64,000 nt of DNA from an uncultured Clostridia bacterium (GTDB taxonomy: Bacteria; Bacillota; Clostridia; Oscillospirales; Oscillospiraceae), in the NCBI GenBank assembly GCA_945940335.1, contig CAMEWH010000003.1, positions 8,847 through 72,846 on the forward strand, given 5' to 3'. Below the pieces are notes generated by a model, which saw nothing but the letters and a program-made list of their open reading frames with translations, was not told where the DNA came from and made no database searches. A program made the translations under genes and the position numbers. Of the stretch, positions 8,135-18,488 are shown piece after piece (positions within the stretch are counted from its first letter, which is position 1; every line of letters starts with the position of its first letter).

Positions 8135-9241
8135 ATGAAGAAATTAGCGGCGGCGCTGCTGGTCATGCTCCTGTTCGCGGCACCCTCTGCTTCGGCAGAA
8201 AAGGCTCTGCCGGGACTGACCTGGGAATCCGGCATGGAGCTGGAATATGCTACGGAATTTGCCGTTGACTACTATGAAGGCGGCTATGCCCTCATTGAGG
8301 TGGTGGACAGCTGCGAGTATCTGGTGGTGCCGGAAGCGATGCCGGTACCCGATGGGCTGGATGCAGACATCAAGATCCTGCAGCAGCCCCTGGACACGAT
8401 CTACCTGCAAGCCACCTCCGCCATGGCATTGATCGATCAGATCGACGGCCTGGATTCCATCCGGCTGGTGGGAACCCGGCAGGATGGCTGGTATGTGGAG
8501 AACGCCGTGAAGGCCATGGAGGAAGGGAAAATCCTCTATTCCGGCGGCTATTCTCAGCCGGACTATGAGCTGATGGTGAGCGAGGGCTGCAACCTGGCCA
8601 TCGAATCCACCATGATTCTCCATGCCCCCAAGGTGCAGGAGATGATTGAGCAGCTGGGCATCCCGGTGTTCATCGAGCACGCCAGCTACGAAACACACCC
8701 CCTGGGCCGCACCGAATGGGTCAAGGTTTACGGTGTGCTGCTGGATAAAGAAGAGGAAGCCGAGAAATTCTTCTCCGGTCAGCTGGAAATCACCCGGCAG
8801 TTTGCCGACATGGAAAACACCGGGAAAACCGTGGCCTTCTTCTACCTGGCCTCCGACGGCAGCGTCAATGTCCGGGCCACCACGGACTATGTACCCAAAA
8901 TGATCGAGATTGCCGGGGGAAATTACATCTTCCGGAACATCTCCGATCCCGAGAGCAAGCGATCTTCCATCAGTCTGACCATGGAGGAGTTTTACAACAC
9001 CGCAGCGGATGCGGATTACCTGATCTACAACGCGACCATTGACGATCCCATCTATACCATTGACGAGCTGATCGCCAAGGACAGCCTGTTTGCGGATTTT
9101 AAGGCAGTGAAAAGCGGGGATGTGTGGTGTACAGGAAAATATCTGTTCCAGGCCACGGACATCACCGGTGAGCTCATCGTGGACTTCAACCATATGCTCA
9201 CCGGACAGGAGGAAATGCGCTTCCTGTACAAGCTGCGTTAG
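8135..9241 (+). CDS. ABC transporter substrate-binding protein (Fe/B12, BtuF-like)
   Basis: Signal peptide; PDYE and SYETHPLGRTEWVK motifs; lies below a B12 riboswitch. Confidence 0.88.
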   Translation: MKKLAAALLVMLLFAAPSASAEKALPGLTWESGMELEYATEFAVDYYEGGYALIEVVDSCEYLVVPEAMPVPDGLDADIKILQQPLDTIYLQATSAMALIDQIDGLDSIRLVGTRQDGWYVENAVKAMEEGKILYSGGYSQPDYELMVSEGCNLAIESTMILHAPKVQEMIEQLGIPVFIEHASYETHPLGRTEWVKVYGVLLDKEEEAEKFFSGQLEITRQFADMENTGKTVAFFYLASDGSVNVRATTDYVPKMIEIAGGNYIFRNISDPESKRSSISLTMEEFYNTAADADYLIYNATIDDPIYTIDELIAKDSLFADFKAVKSGDVWCTGKYLFQATDITGELIVDFNHMLTGQEEMRFLYKLR

Positions 9242-9249
9242 GAGACAGT

Positions 9250-10272
9250 ATGGAACATACCAACCTGAGAAGAGCCAAATATACAGCAGTGTTTCTGGCT
9301 TTGCTTGGGGCGCTGGCGATCATCACCGTGCTGAACATCAACATCGGCAGCGTGCCCATTTCCATTGGGGAGATTGCCCAGATTCTGTTTCAGAAAACGG
9401 GCAATCACACCCAGGTAAGCATTATCTGGAAGATTCGTCTGCCCCGGATTCTGATGGCGGCCCTGCTGGGCGGCGCGCTGAGCCTGTCGGGTTTTCTGCT
9501 GCAGACCTTCTTCGCCAATCCCATCGCGGGCCCCTTTGTGCTGGGCATTTCCTCCGGGGCGAAGATGGTGGTGGCCCTGACCATGATCTATTTTGTCGGT
9601 GCCTTCGGCTCGGTTTCCAGCTGGACACTGATTATCGCGGCCTTTGTGGGTTCGCTCCTTTCGGTGGGCTTCATTTTGATTATGTCCCGCAGGCTCAAGG
9701 GCATGGCAACGCTGCTGGTGGCGGGCATCATGATCGGGTATATCTGCTCGGCAATCACGGATTTTGTGGTTACCTTCGCGGATGACAGCGACATCGTGAA
9801 TCTGCATGGCTGGAGCCTGGGCAGCTTTTCCGGCATGAGCTGGGATAATGTGCGGATTGCGGCAATCATTGTGGGGATTACTGCCCTGGCGGTGTTTCTG
9901 CTGTCCAAGCCCATCGGGGCCTATCAGCTGGGCGAAGCCTACGCCCAGAGCATGGGCGTAAACATCAGGGTGTTCCGGGTGGCGCTGATTGTGCTGTCCA
10001 GCATTCTCTCCGCCTGTGTCACCGCCTTTGCGGGGCCCATTTCCTTTGTGGGCATTGCGGTTCCCTTTCTTGTGAAGCGGCTGCTGAATACCTCCAAGCC
10101 CATCGTGGTGATTCCCGGGGTGTTCCTGGGCGGCGCGGTGTTCTGCATGGGCTGCGATCTGATTGCCCGTACCGCTTTTGCGCCCACGGAGCTGAACATC
10201 TCCACAGTCACCTCCATCTTCGGCGCCCCCGTGGTGATTTACATGATGCTGCACAGGAACAAGGAGCGGTAA
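9250..10272 (+). CDS. FecCD/BtuC family ABC permease
   Basis: IRLPR, NPIAGPFVLGISSGA, GE.YAQSMGV and GPISFVG motifs. Confidence 0.93.
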   Translation: MEHTNLRRAKYTAVFLALLGALAIITVLNINIGSVPISIGEIAQILFQKTGNHTQVSIIWKIRLPRILMAALLGGALSLSGFLLQTFFANPIAGPFVLGISSGAKMVVALTMIYFVGAFGSVSSWTLIIAAFVGSLLSVGFILIMSRRLKGMATLLVAGIMIGYICSAITDFVVTFADDSDIVNLHGWSLGSFSGMSWDNVRIAAIIVGITALAVFLLSKPIGAYQLGEAYAQSMGVNIRVFRVALIVLSSILSACVTAFAGPISFVGIAVPFLVKRLLNTSKPIVVIPGVFLGGAVFCMGCDLIARTAFAPTELNISTVTSIFGAPVVIYMMLHRNKER

Positions 10273-10273
10273 G

Positions 10274-11383
10274 ATGGCAGAGTATTCTTTTCAAACCAGT
10301 CAGCTCACCGTCGGCTACGACGGAAAGCCGCTGATCCGGGATATCACGATCAACATCTCCAAGGGCGAGATCGTGACCCTCATCGGCCCCAACGGCGCAG
10401 GCAAAAGCACGATTCTCAAATCCATCACCCGGCAGCTGAAAGCAATCGCGGGAACGGTAACGCTTGACGGCCGGAACCTTGGCAGCCTTTCCTACAAGGA
10501 GCTGGCCACCCGGATGGCGGTGGTGCTCACCGAGCGGATGAAACCGGAGCTGATGACCTGCCGGGACATTGTTGCCACCGGGCGGTACCCTTATACGGGC
10601 CGTCTGGGGCTGCTCATGAAGCGCGATGAGGAAAAGGTCAGCGAGGCCATGGAAATCGTCCATGCCCTGGAGCTTTCCAACCGGGATTTTAATGCCATCA
10701 GCGACGGCCAGCGGCAGCGGGTTCTGCTGGCCAGAGCCATCTGCCAGGAGCCGGAGATCATCATTCTGGACGAACCAACCTCTTACCTGGACATCCGTCA
10801 TAAGCTGGAGCTGCTGTCCATCCTCCGCTCCATGGCGAAGGAGAAGGGAATCACGGTCATCATGTCCCTCCACGAAATTGACCTTGCCCAGAAAATTTCG
10901 GACAAGATCATCTGCGTCAAGGGGGAGACCATCGAGCATTACGGCACCCCGGAAGAGGTCTTTGAGGAAGAAAGCATTCGCGCGCTGTACGACATTGCGG
11001 AGGGCTATTTTGACCCCTGCTTTGGCAGCATCGAACTTCCGAAACCCCGGGGAAGTGCGGAGGTTCTGGTGCTGTCCTCCTGCGGAAGCGGCATTCCGGT
11101 GTATCGCAGACTGCAGAAGGAGAATATCCCTTTCTGCGCGGGCATCCTCTATACCAACGATCTGGATTACCGGCTGGCCCGATTGCTTGCGTCGGAGGTC
11201 ATCACGGAGAAGCCCTTCCATGAGATCAGTGACGATGCCTTTGAACAGGCAATGGCGAAGGTGCGCTCCTGCCGGCGAGTCATCAATGCAGGCATCGAAA
11301 TCGGCCCATGCAACCGTCGGATGCTGGAAGTTCTGGATGCAGCCCAAGACTTGGGAAAGCTTCAAGCGAATTTTCGGAAATAG
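10274..11383 (+). CDS. ABC ATP-binding protein (FepC/BtuD-like) with C-terminal extension
   Basis: GPNGAGKS, ISDGQRQR, ILDEPT. Confidence 0.93.
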   Translation: MAEYSFQTSQLTVGYDGKPLIRDITINISKGEIVTLIGPNGAGKSTILKSITRQLKAIAGTVTLDGRNLGSLSYKELATRMAVVLTERMKPELMTCRDIVATGRYPYTGRLGLLMKRDEEKVSEAMEIVHALELSNRDFNAISDGQRQRVLLARAICQEPEIIILDEPTSYLDIRHKLELLSILRSMAKEKGITVIMSLHEIDLAQKISDKIICVKGETIEHYGTPEEVFEEESIRALYDIAEGYFDPCFGSIELPKPRGSAEVLVLSSCGSGIPVYRRLQKENIPFCAGILYTNDLDYRLARLLASEVITEKPFHEISDDAFEQAMAKVRSCRRVINAGIEIGPCNRRMLEVLDAAQDLGKLQANFRK

Positions 11384-11395
11384 CACAAAATACCG

Positions 11396-11730
11396 TTGCA
11401 TTTCAAATGAAATGCTGTTACAATGTGTACGAACTGAATACAAAAATGGTTGGTGCCTCTGCTTTGCGGATTCGCGGAGCAGAGGGTAAAAGGGAAACAG
11501 GTGCAAAACCTGTACGATCTCGTCACTGTGAACCGGAGAGCACGCTGCATAATGCCATTGCGAAAGTGAGAAGGCGCGGCGCTGTGATGACCCGAAAGTC
11601 AGGAAACCTGCCAGCCATTGGTGCAGGGCGTTGTACGCCCAGGTCACGAGGAATTGGCCGTACCGAACACTGCCGCTTTACGCGGTGGGATTGGGTGATA
11701 CGACGAGACCTTCCTCACGGAAGGTCTTTT
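11396..11730 (+). promoter_or_regulatory. Promoter, second cobalamin riboswitch (about 11446-11619) and attenuator terminator (11706-11730)
   Basis: TTGCAT-17 bp-TACAAT; AAAAGGGAAACAGGTG..AAACCTG, CGTCACTGTG, AGTCAGGAAACCTGCC; AGACCTTCC/GGAAGGTCTTTT hairpin. Confidence 0.9.
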
Positions 11731-11839
11731 TGTATACCTGAGCTTTGTATGCCCTTTTTGTGTGCCTGACGGATGATGCTTTAAACCGTGTTCTGTTCAT
11801 AAAAATCTTTTGTGCGAAGGACACAAGGAGGAAAAAATC

Positions 11840-12991
11840 ATGAACAAGAAAACAAGAAGAACCCTGATTGCCGGTGTGCTGGCGGCAGCGATGCTGCTTG
11901 GCACCTGCGGTGCGGCGATGGCTGATCAGACGGAGGACCAGGCAGCCGCCGATGCCGTGACGGAACTGATCAACGCAATCTACGTCCAGCAGCGCACCGA
12001 GAACACGGATGCCCAGTGCGCTGAAGCCAAGGCAGCCTGGGATGCCCTGACCGATGCCCAGAAGGAACTGGTGGAGGACCCGGATTACTTTGGTCGTGAC
12101 ACCGGCGATGCCAGTCTGGACGATCCCCGGAACGCCGATGACATCGGCGAGAAGGAAATCCTGGTGGTGAGCTTCGGTACTTCCTTCAACGGCAGCCGTG
12201 TGGAGGATATCAAGGGCATCGAGGATGCCATCCAGGCAGCGTTCCCCGACTGGTCCGTACGCCGGGCCTTTACCGCTCAGATCATCATCAACCATGTGCA
12301 GGCGCGTGACGGCGAGTTCATCGACAATATGGAGCAGGCCATGGAGCGGGCAGTTGCCAACGGCGTGAAGCAGCTGGTGGTGCAGCCCACCCATCTGATG
12401 CACGGCGCAGAATACGACGAGATGATGGACGTCCTGGAAGATTACAAGGACAAAATTGAGTCCATCACTGTGGCAGAGCCTCTGCTGGGCGAGGTTGGCT
12501 CCGACGCCACTGTGATTAACACCGACAAGGAAGCGGTTGCCAAAGCCGTTGTTGCTGCCGCTGCAGCAGATGCCGGTTTTGCCGATGCAGCTGCCGCCGG
12601 GGAGCAGGGCACTGCCTTTGTGCTGATGGGCCACGGCACCGCCCATGTGGCAAAGGTCAGCTACACCCAGATGCAGACCCAGATGGAGAAACTGGGCTAT
12701 GAAAATGTGTTCATCGGCACCGTGGAGGGTGAGCCGGAGGCAACCTCCTGCGAGGCAGTCATCGAGGCCGTGAAGGCAGCGGGCTACAAGAATGTGGTGC
12801 TGCGTCCGCTGATGGTGGTGGCCGGTGACCATGCCAACAACGACATGGCAGGCGACGAAGAGGATTCCTGGAAGAGTATGTTCCTGGCTTCCGGCTACTT
12901 CGACACCGTGGACACCCAGATTTCCGGTCTTGGCAGCATCGAAGCGATTCAGGCGCTGTATGTTGCCCATACCCAGGCTGTAATCGGTTAA
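11840..12991 (+). CDS. cbiK: Sirohydrochlorin cobaltochelatase with N-terminal signal peptide
   Basis: LVVSFGTS, RRAFTA, LMGHGT, VAGDHA motifs; leader MNKKTRRTLIAGVLAAAMLLGTCGAAMA. Confidence 0.9.
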   Translation: MNKKTRRTLIAGVLAAAMLLGTCGAAMADQTEDQAAADAVTELINAIYVQQRTENTDAQCAEAKAAWDALTDAQKELVEDPDYFGRDTGDASLDDPRNADDIGEKEILVVSFGTSFNGSRVEDIKGIEDAIQAAFPDWSVRRAFTAQIIINHVQARDGEFIDNMEQAMERAVANGVKQLVVQPTHLMHGAEYDEMMDVLEDYKDKIESITVAEPLLGEVGSDATVINTDKEAVAKAVVAAAAADAGFADAAAAGEQGTAFVLMGHGTAHVAKVSYTQMQTQMEKLGYENVFIGTVEGEPEATSCEAVIEAVKAAGYKNVVLRPLMVVAGDHANNDMAGDEEDSWKSMFLASGYFDTVDTQISGLGSIEAIQALYVAHTQAVIG

Positions 12992-13105
12992 TCATGTATC
13001 TTTGCCCGGAGGCAAAACGCCTCCGGGCATTGGGGCATTTTGTTGAAAGCCTTTCGGCGCCGGAAGGTTTTCATCAGAAAGAACCCAGGAAAGGAAGGAT
13101 CACCA

Positions 13106-13897
13106 ATGAAAAAAACAACAAAACGAATCTCCTTGCTGCTGTCTGTGCTGCTGGCGCTGTGCTGTATGCTTCCCCTTGCTTTTGCAGAAGAGGAACAGGA
13201 AACTCCCCGTGTGCTGCCGGATGGTGTGTACACGGTGGATTTTGATACGGACAGCAGTATGTTCCGTGCGAATGAAGCCTGCAACGGAAAAGGCACATTG
13301 ACGGTAGAGGACGGTATCCAAACCCTGCATGTGAGTTTGCAGTCCAAGAAAATCGTGAACCTCTATCCCGGTACTGCGGAGCAGGCACAGCAGTCCGGCG
13401 CCCAGTGGCTGGAGCCCACGGTGGACAACGTGACCTACAGCGACGGCTATACGGAAGATGTCTTCGGCTTTGACATTCCCGTTGCCTCAGTGGGAGAGGA
13501 ATTTGACCTGGCTATCATCGGCACCAAGGGGGTCTGGTATGACCACAAGGTCAGCGTGTGCAACCCTGTGCCCCAGGCAGGCAGCTATACCTGCTCGGTG
13601 GTGCTCACCGGCGGCTCCGGGCGGGCCAGCGTCAGCTCTCCTGCTGTGCTGGTTTCAGACGGAGAAACGCTGATTGCCACAATCCAGTGGAGCAGCCCGA
13701 ATTACACATACATGATGGTGGATGACGTTCAATACGACCCCACTCAAGAAGAGGGCAACTCCACTTTCCAGATTCCAGTGACCCTGGATGAGGATATCCC
13801 TGTCAGCGCGTGCACGGTAGCCATGAGCGCGCCCCATCTGGTGGAGTATACCCTGCATTTTGACAGCACCACGCTGATCCCGGGCCGGGAGGAATGA
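13106..13897 (+). CDS. Exported protein with two related beta-rich (NEAT/iron-transport-like) domains
   Basis: Signal peptide; both halves end with F.IPV...E...A....G/P..Y; co-transcribed with cbi genes. Confidence 0.65.
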   Translation: MKKTTKRISLLLSVLLALCCMLPLAFAEEEQETPRVLPDGVYTVDFDTDSSMFRANEACNGKGTLTVEDGIQTLHVSLQSKKIVNLYPGTAEQAQQSGAQWLEPTVDNVTYSDGYTEDVFGFDIPVASVGEEFDLAIIGTKGVWYDHKVSVCNPVPQAGSYTCSVVLTGGSGRASVSSPAVLVSDGETLIATIQWSSPNYTYMMVDDVQYDPTQEEGNSTFQIPVTLDEDIPVSACTVAMSAPHLVEYTLHFDSTTLIPGREE

Positions 13898-15285
13898 CGA
13901 ATATGGAATCCCGGATTGCCAGAGTCCTGTTTGCCGGAACCAACAGCGGCTGCGGCAAAACCACCGTTACCTGTGCCGTCATGCAGGCGCTGGTGAACCG
14001 GGGGCTGCAGGTAGGGGCCTTCAAATGTGGGCCGGATTATATTGATCCCATGTTTCACAGCCGGATCATCGGCGCGAAAGCTGCCAATCTGGATTCCTGG
14101 TTCTTTGATGACAATACCCTGCGGTTCCTGCTCGCCCAAAACGGAACGGGGCGGGACATCAGCATTGTGGAAGGCGTCATGGGCTTCTATGACGGGATAG
14201 GCCTGACCGAAACCCGGGGAAGCACCTACTCCGTCGCCCGAATCACCCAAACCCCGGTGGTGCTGGTGGTGGGCGCAAAGGGAGCTTCCCTGTCTGTTTT
14301 AGCCACCATTCAGGGCTTTCTGGACTTCTGCCCGGAAAATCAGATTCAGGGGGTAATCCTCAACCAATGCACGGCCTCCACCTATGAGGCTTTGGAAGGG
14401 GAAATCCGACGCCGGTTTGCCGGGCGCGTTCTCCCCATGGGCTTCCTGCCCAGACTGCCGGAGTGCAGCTTGGAGAGCCGCCACCTGGGACTGGTGACAG
14501 CCGGGGAGGTAGCCAATCTTCAGGACAAGCTCCGCATTCTTGCCGCCCAGGCAGAGCAGACCATCAATCTGGACGGCCTGATGGAGCTGTCGAAATCAGC
14601 CCCGGACATCTGCTGTGCGCCGGTGGAGCTGCCCCGGTTTGCACCGGTGCGCATTGCCGTGGCAAAAGACCGGGCCTTCTGTTTTTATTATGAAGACAGT
14701 CTGGAAGCCCTGGCCCAAATGGGCGCAGAGCTTGTCCCGTTCAGTCCGCTGACAGATGCCGCACTGCCGGAAGAGATTCATGGTCTGTACCTGGGCGGCG
14801 GGTATCCGGAGCTGTACGCGCAGAAGCTCAGCCAGAATGAACCCATGCGGCTCAACATCAAAAACGCCCTGAGGTCAGGCCTGCCCTGCATTGCGGAGTG
14901 CGGCGGCTTTATGTACCTGACCGAAGCAATCGAAGATTTTCCCATGGTGGGGTATCTGCCGGGAAAGAGTTATGACAATGGGAAGCTGACCCGCTTCGGC
15001 TATGTGCGCCTGCAGGCAAAAAACGACCAGATGCTCTGCAAGGCCGGGGAAGAAATTCGGGGACACGAATTCCACCACTGGGACTGCACGGAGCCGGGGG
15101 ACGGTTTTACGGCAGTAAAAGAGCTTTCCGGCAAACGCTGGGACTGCGTGGTGTCCACGCCTACCCTCTATGCCGGATACCCCCATTTCCATTTTTATGC
15201 CAACCCATCCTTTGCGGTGAATTTCTACCGCGCCTGTTTGGAGGAAAAGAACCATGCTGGAACATATCGCCCCCATGGATATTGA
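13894..15285 (+). CDS. cbiA: Cobyrinate a,c-diamide synthase
   Basis: SGCGKTT, FKCGPDYIDP, EGVMG, LESRHLGL, AECGGFMYL, GHEFH. Confidence 0.95.
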   Translation: MTNMESRIARVLFAGTNSGCGKTTVTCAVMQALVNRGLQVGAFKCGPDYIDPMFHSRIIGAKAANLDSWFFDDNTLRFLLAQNGTGRDISIVEGVMGFYDGIGLTETRGSTYSVARITQTPVVLVVGAKGASLSVLATIQGFLDFCPENQIQGVILNQCTASTYEALEGEIRRRFAGRVLPMGFLPRLPECSLESRHLGLVTAGEVANLQDKLRILAAQAEQTINLDGLMELSKSAPDICCAPVELPRFAPVRIAVAKDRAFCFYYEDSLEALAQMGAELVPFSPLTDAALPEEIHGLYLGGGYPELYAQKLSQNEPMRLNIKNALRSGLPCIAECGGFMYLTEAIEDFPMVGYLPGKSYDNGKLTRFGYVRLQAKNDQMLCKAGEEIRGHEFHHWDCTEPGDGFTAVKELSGKRWDCVVSTPTLYAGYPHFHFYANPSFAVNFYRACLEEKNHAGTYRPHGY

Positions 15286-15877
15286 AAAGCGGAGCTTTGA
15301 GATCATTACGGAGCTTCTGGGAGAGCGCAAGCTTGACCCGGAAAATGAGCTGGTCATCAAACGGGCCATCCACACCACGGCTGATTTCGACTACGCGGAG
15401 AATCTCGTGTTTTCCCCCCATGCGGTGCAAAAAGGCATGGAAGCCCTGCGCTCTGGCTGCGACATTGTCACGGATACCCAGATGGCGAAATCCGGCATCA
15501 ACAAAACCATCCTGGGCAAGCTGGGCGGTGAGGTCCACTGCTTCATGTCCGACCCGGAGGTCGCAAAGGAGGCCAAGGAGCGGGGTGTTACCCGGGCCTT
15601 TGTGTCCATGGAGCGGGCGGCAAAGCTGGGGAAGCCCTGCATTTTCGCCATTGGCAATGCCCCAACAGCCTTGATCTGCATCCGGGAGCTGATTGAAGCC
15701 GGAAAGCTGAGCCCCGCGCTGATTGTGGGCGTTCCCGTGGGTTTTGTCAATGTGGTGGAAAGCAAGGAACTGATTCTGGAGCTGGATACACCCCACATTG
15801 TGGCCCGGGGCCGGAAGGGCGGCAGCAATGTGGCCGCCGCCATCTGCAACGCCATGCTCTACCAGATTATGCGGTGA
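15254..15877 (+). CDS. cbiC: Cobalt-precorrin-8 methylmutase
   Basis: IEKRSFEII, RAIHTTAD, IGNAPTAL, PVGFVNV, GRKGGSNVAAA. Confidence 0.95.
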   Translation: MLEHIAPMDIEKRSFEIITELLGERKLDPENELVIKRAIHTTADFDYAENLVFSPHAVQKGMEALRSGCDIVTDTQMAKSGINKTILGKLGGEVHCFMSDPEVAKEAKERGVTRAFVSMERAAKLGKPCIFAIGNAPTALICIRELIEAGKLSPALIVGVPVGFVNVVESKELILELDTPHIVARGRKGGSNVAAAICNAMLYQIMR

Positions 15878-15882
15878 GAAAC

Positions 15883-17040
15883 ATGGAAGAATACACGATC
15901 AAAGACGGGAAAAAACTGCGTCTTGGCTATACCACCGGCTCCTGCGCCGCCGCGGCAGCCAAGGCGGCAGCCTGGATGCTGCTGACCGGCAAATCCCTGG
16001 AGCGAATCCATCTGCTGACCCCCAAGGGAATCCCCCTGGAGTTACCGGTGCTGGATATCCAAATCACACCGGACACAGCCTTCTGCGCCATCCAGAAGGA
16101 CGGCGGCGACGATCCTGATGTGACCAGCGGCGCGCTGATTTGCGCCAGAGTATCCAGGTACGGTGCCCCCGGCGTCACCATCGAGGGCGGTCTCGGCGTA
16201 GGACGGGTGACCCGGCCGGGATTGGACCAGCCCATCGGGGAAGCCGCCATCAATTCCACCCCACGAAAAATGATCCGGGAGAATCTGGAGGAAGTCGCCG
16301 CCCTCGCCGACTATTCCGGAGGATTTCTTGTGGAGATCTCCGTGCCCCGGGGGGAGGAACTGGCGAAGAAAACCTTCAACCCCCGATTGGGCATTGAAGG
16401 CGGCATCTCCATCCTGGGCACCTCTGGGATTGTGGAGCCCATGAGCGAGGAGGCCCTTGTGGAGAGCATCCGGGTGGAAATGCGGCAAAAGGTGGCCTCC
16501 GGGGCCCGCTATCTGCTGGTCACCCCCGGCAACTACGGCGAGACCTTCCTGCGGGAGCACATGACCCTTCCCTTTTCGGAAAGCGTCAAATGCAGCAACT
16601 TCGTGGGCCAGACCATCGATATGGCCATGCAGCTGGGGGTAAGGGGCATCCTGTTTGTTGCCCATATCGGCAAATTTGTGAAGGTGGCTGCCGGGATCAT
16701 GAACACCCACTCCCGATGGGCCGACGGCCGGGGGGAGATTCTTGCCGCCAACGCCCTGCGGGCAGGGCTTTCCCGGGAGGCCGCGCTGGAGATTCTGGAC
16801 GCGGCCACCACGGAGGAGGCTCTTTCGGTGGTCATCCGGGAAGGGCTGCTGGATGCCGTGATGGAGCAGCTCACCACCCGGATTCACGACCACCTGCACC
16901 ACCGTGCCGGAGGGGATTGTCTGCTGGGCGCGGTGCTCTACTCCAATCAGTGGGGGTATCTGGGACAGACGGAAAGCGCGGAGGAACTGACCCGGCTGCT
17001 GAACAGTCAATATGAAGGAAAAGAGGAATACGTAAAATGA
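15883..17040 (+). CDS. cbiD: Cobalt-precorrin-5B C1-methyltransferase
   Basis: LRLGYTTGSCAAAA, KDGGDDPDVT, TFNPRLGI.GGISILGT. Confidence 0.95.
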   Translation: MEEYTIKDGKKLRLGYTTGSCAAAAAKAAAWMLLTGKSLERIHLLTPKGIPLELPVLDIQITPDTAFCAIQKDGGDDPDVTSGALICARVSRYGAPGVTIEGGLGVGRVTRPGLDQPIGEAAINSTPRKMIRENLEEVAALADYSGGFLVEISVPRGEELAKKTFNPRLGIEGGISILGTSGIVEPMSEEALVESIRVEMRQKVASGARYLLVTPGNYGETFLREHMTLPFSESVKCSNFVGQTIDMAMQLGVRGILFVAHIGKFVKVAAGIMNTHSRWADGRGEILAANALRAGLSREAALEILDAATTEEALSVVIREGLLDAVMEQLTTRIHDHLHHRAGGDCLLGAVLYSNQWGYLGQTESAEELTRLLNSQYEGKEEYVK

Positions 17041-17726
17041 GTGGAATCCTTTACGGCGTGGGTGTGGGCCCCGGTGACCCGGAGCTTCTGACCCTGAAAG
17101 CATTGAGAATTCTGCGGGAAAGCGACGTAATCGCCATTCCCGCAGAAACGAAAGAATCCTGCGCTGCCTATCAAATCGCTCTGGGAGCCTACCCGGAGCT
17201 GGAACGGAAAGAACTGCTTCCGGTGCCCATGCCCATGACCAAGGATCCTTCCGTCCTGGAGCGCAGCCATGAAGCCGCCGCCAGCGCCATTGCACAGCAG
17301 CTGGCGCAGGGACGCCAGGTGGCGTTTCTGACCCTGGGCGATCCCACGGTATACTCCACTTTTCTTTACGTCCACCGGGAAATCGCCGGGAGGGGCTATG
17401 AAACCGCCATCATCAGCGGCATCCCCTCCTTCTGCGCGGCGGCTGCCAGGCTCAATCAGGGACTATCCGAGCAGTCCCAGCCCCTGCACATTCTGCCCGG
17501 CACCTACCACCATGGAAACGCTGAGGCCATCACAGCCCTTCGGGGCACCAAGGTGCTGATGAAAACCGGCAGAAATATGGCTTCTGTCCGCAAAAGCATT
17601 CTGGAAAGCGGACAGGAAGCGGTTCTGGTGGAAAACTGCGGTATGCCGGGAGAGGCCGTCTACCACGGTGCCGCCAGCTTCCCGGATCACCCCAGCTACT
17701 ATTCTTTGATCATTGTGAAGGAGTGA
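17037..17726 (+). CDS. cbiL: Cobalt-factor II C20-methyltransferase
   Basis: GVGVGPGDPELLTLKA, FLTLGDPTVYST. Confidence 0.93.
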   Translation: MSGILYGVGVGPGDPELLTLKALRILRESDVIAIPAETKESCAAYQIALGAYPELERKELLPVPMPMTKDPSVLERSHEAAASAIAQQLAQGRQVAFLTLGDPTVYSTFLYVHREIAGRGYETAIISGIPSFCAAAARLNQGLSEQSQPLHILPGTYHHGNAEAITALRGTKVLMKTGRNMASVRKSILESGQEAVLVENCGMPGEAVYHGAASFPDHPSYYSLIIVKE

Positions 17727-17732
17727 AACGCT

Positions 17733-18488
17733 ATGGTGCATTTTGTCGGAGCCGGAAGCGGTGCCGTGGATCTGATCACGGTGAGAGGTTCAAAGCTGCT
17801 GGCTGAAGCGGATGTGGTGATTTATGCCGGGTCCCTGGTCAACCCGGAGCTTCTTCGCTATACAAGCGAGGGCTGTAAGGTTTATAACAGCGCAGAAATG
17901 ACCCTGGAGCAGGTGCTGGAAGTCATAAAACAAGCCGAAGCAGAGGGGAAAACTACCGTCCGTCTCCATACCGGCGATTCCAGCATTTTCGGCGCGGTAC
18001 GGGAGCAGTTTGACCAGTTGGAAGCGCTGGGAATCGACTACGACGTCTGTCCCGGTGTCAGCGCCTTCTGTGGGGCGGCCTCCTCCCTGCGGGCGGAGTA
18101 CACCCTGCCGGATGTGAGCCAGACCGTCATCATCACCCGAGCGGCGGGCAGAACGCCGGTGCCGGAGGGGCAGTCCATCCGGGAACTGGCATCCCACCGG
18201 GCTACCATGGTGCTCTTTCTCAGCACCGGCCTGACCGAAAAGCTGCAAAGGGAGCTGCTGGAAGGCGGCTATCCCGGCAGCACACCTGTGGCCGTCGTCT
18301 TCAAAGCGACCTGGCCGGAGGAGAAAGTTTTTCGGTGTACCGTGGAAACCCTGCACCGGACGGTGACGGAAAACCATCTTTCCAAAACGGCGCTGATCAT
18401 CGTGGGAGACTGTCTGGGTGACCATTATGAACGCAGCCGTCTGTATGCGCCGGACTTCTCCACGGAATTCCGGGAGGCAAGCACATGA
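17733..18488 (+). CDS. cbiF: Cobalt-precorrin-4 C11-methyltransferase
   Basis: FVGAGSGAVDLITVRG, YAGSLVN, RLHTGD, TLPDVSQTVIITR. Confidence 0.95.
   Translation: MVHFVGAGSGAVDLITVRGSKLLAEADVVIYAGSLVNPELLRYTSEGCKVYNSAEMTLEQVLEVIKQAEAEGKTTVRLHTGDSSIFGAVREQFDQLEALGIDYDVCPGVSAFCGAASSLRAEYTLPDVSQTVIITRAAGRTPVPEGQSIRELASHRATMVLFLSTGLTEKLQRELLEGGYPGSTPVAVVFKATWPEEKVFRCTVETLHRTVTENHLSKTALIIVGDCLGDHYERSRLYAPDFSTEFREAST

Noticed and set aside
7678-8268. 196-aa ORF (and the similar 11308-11769 ORF)
   Set aside because: They run through cobalamin riboswitches and show no protein-like motifs
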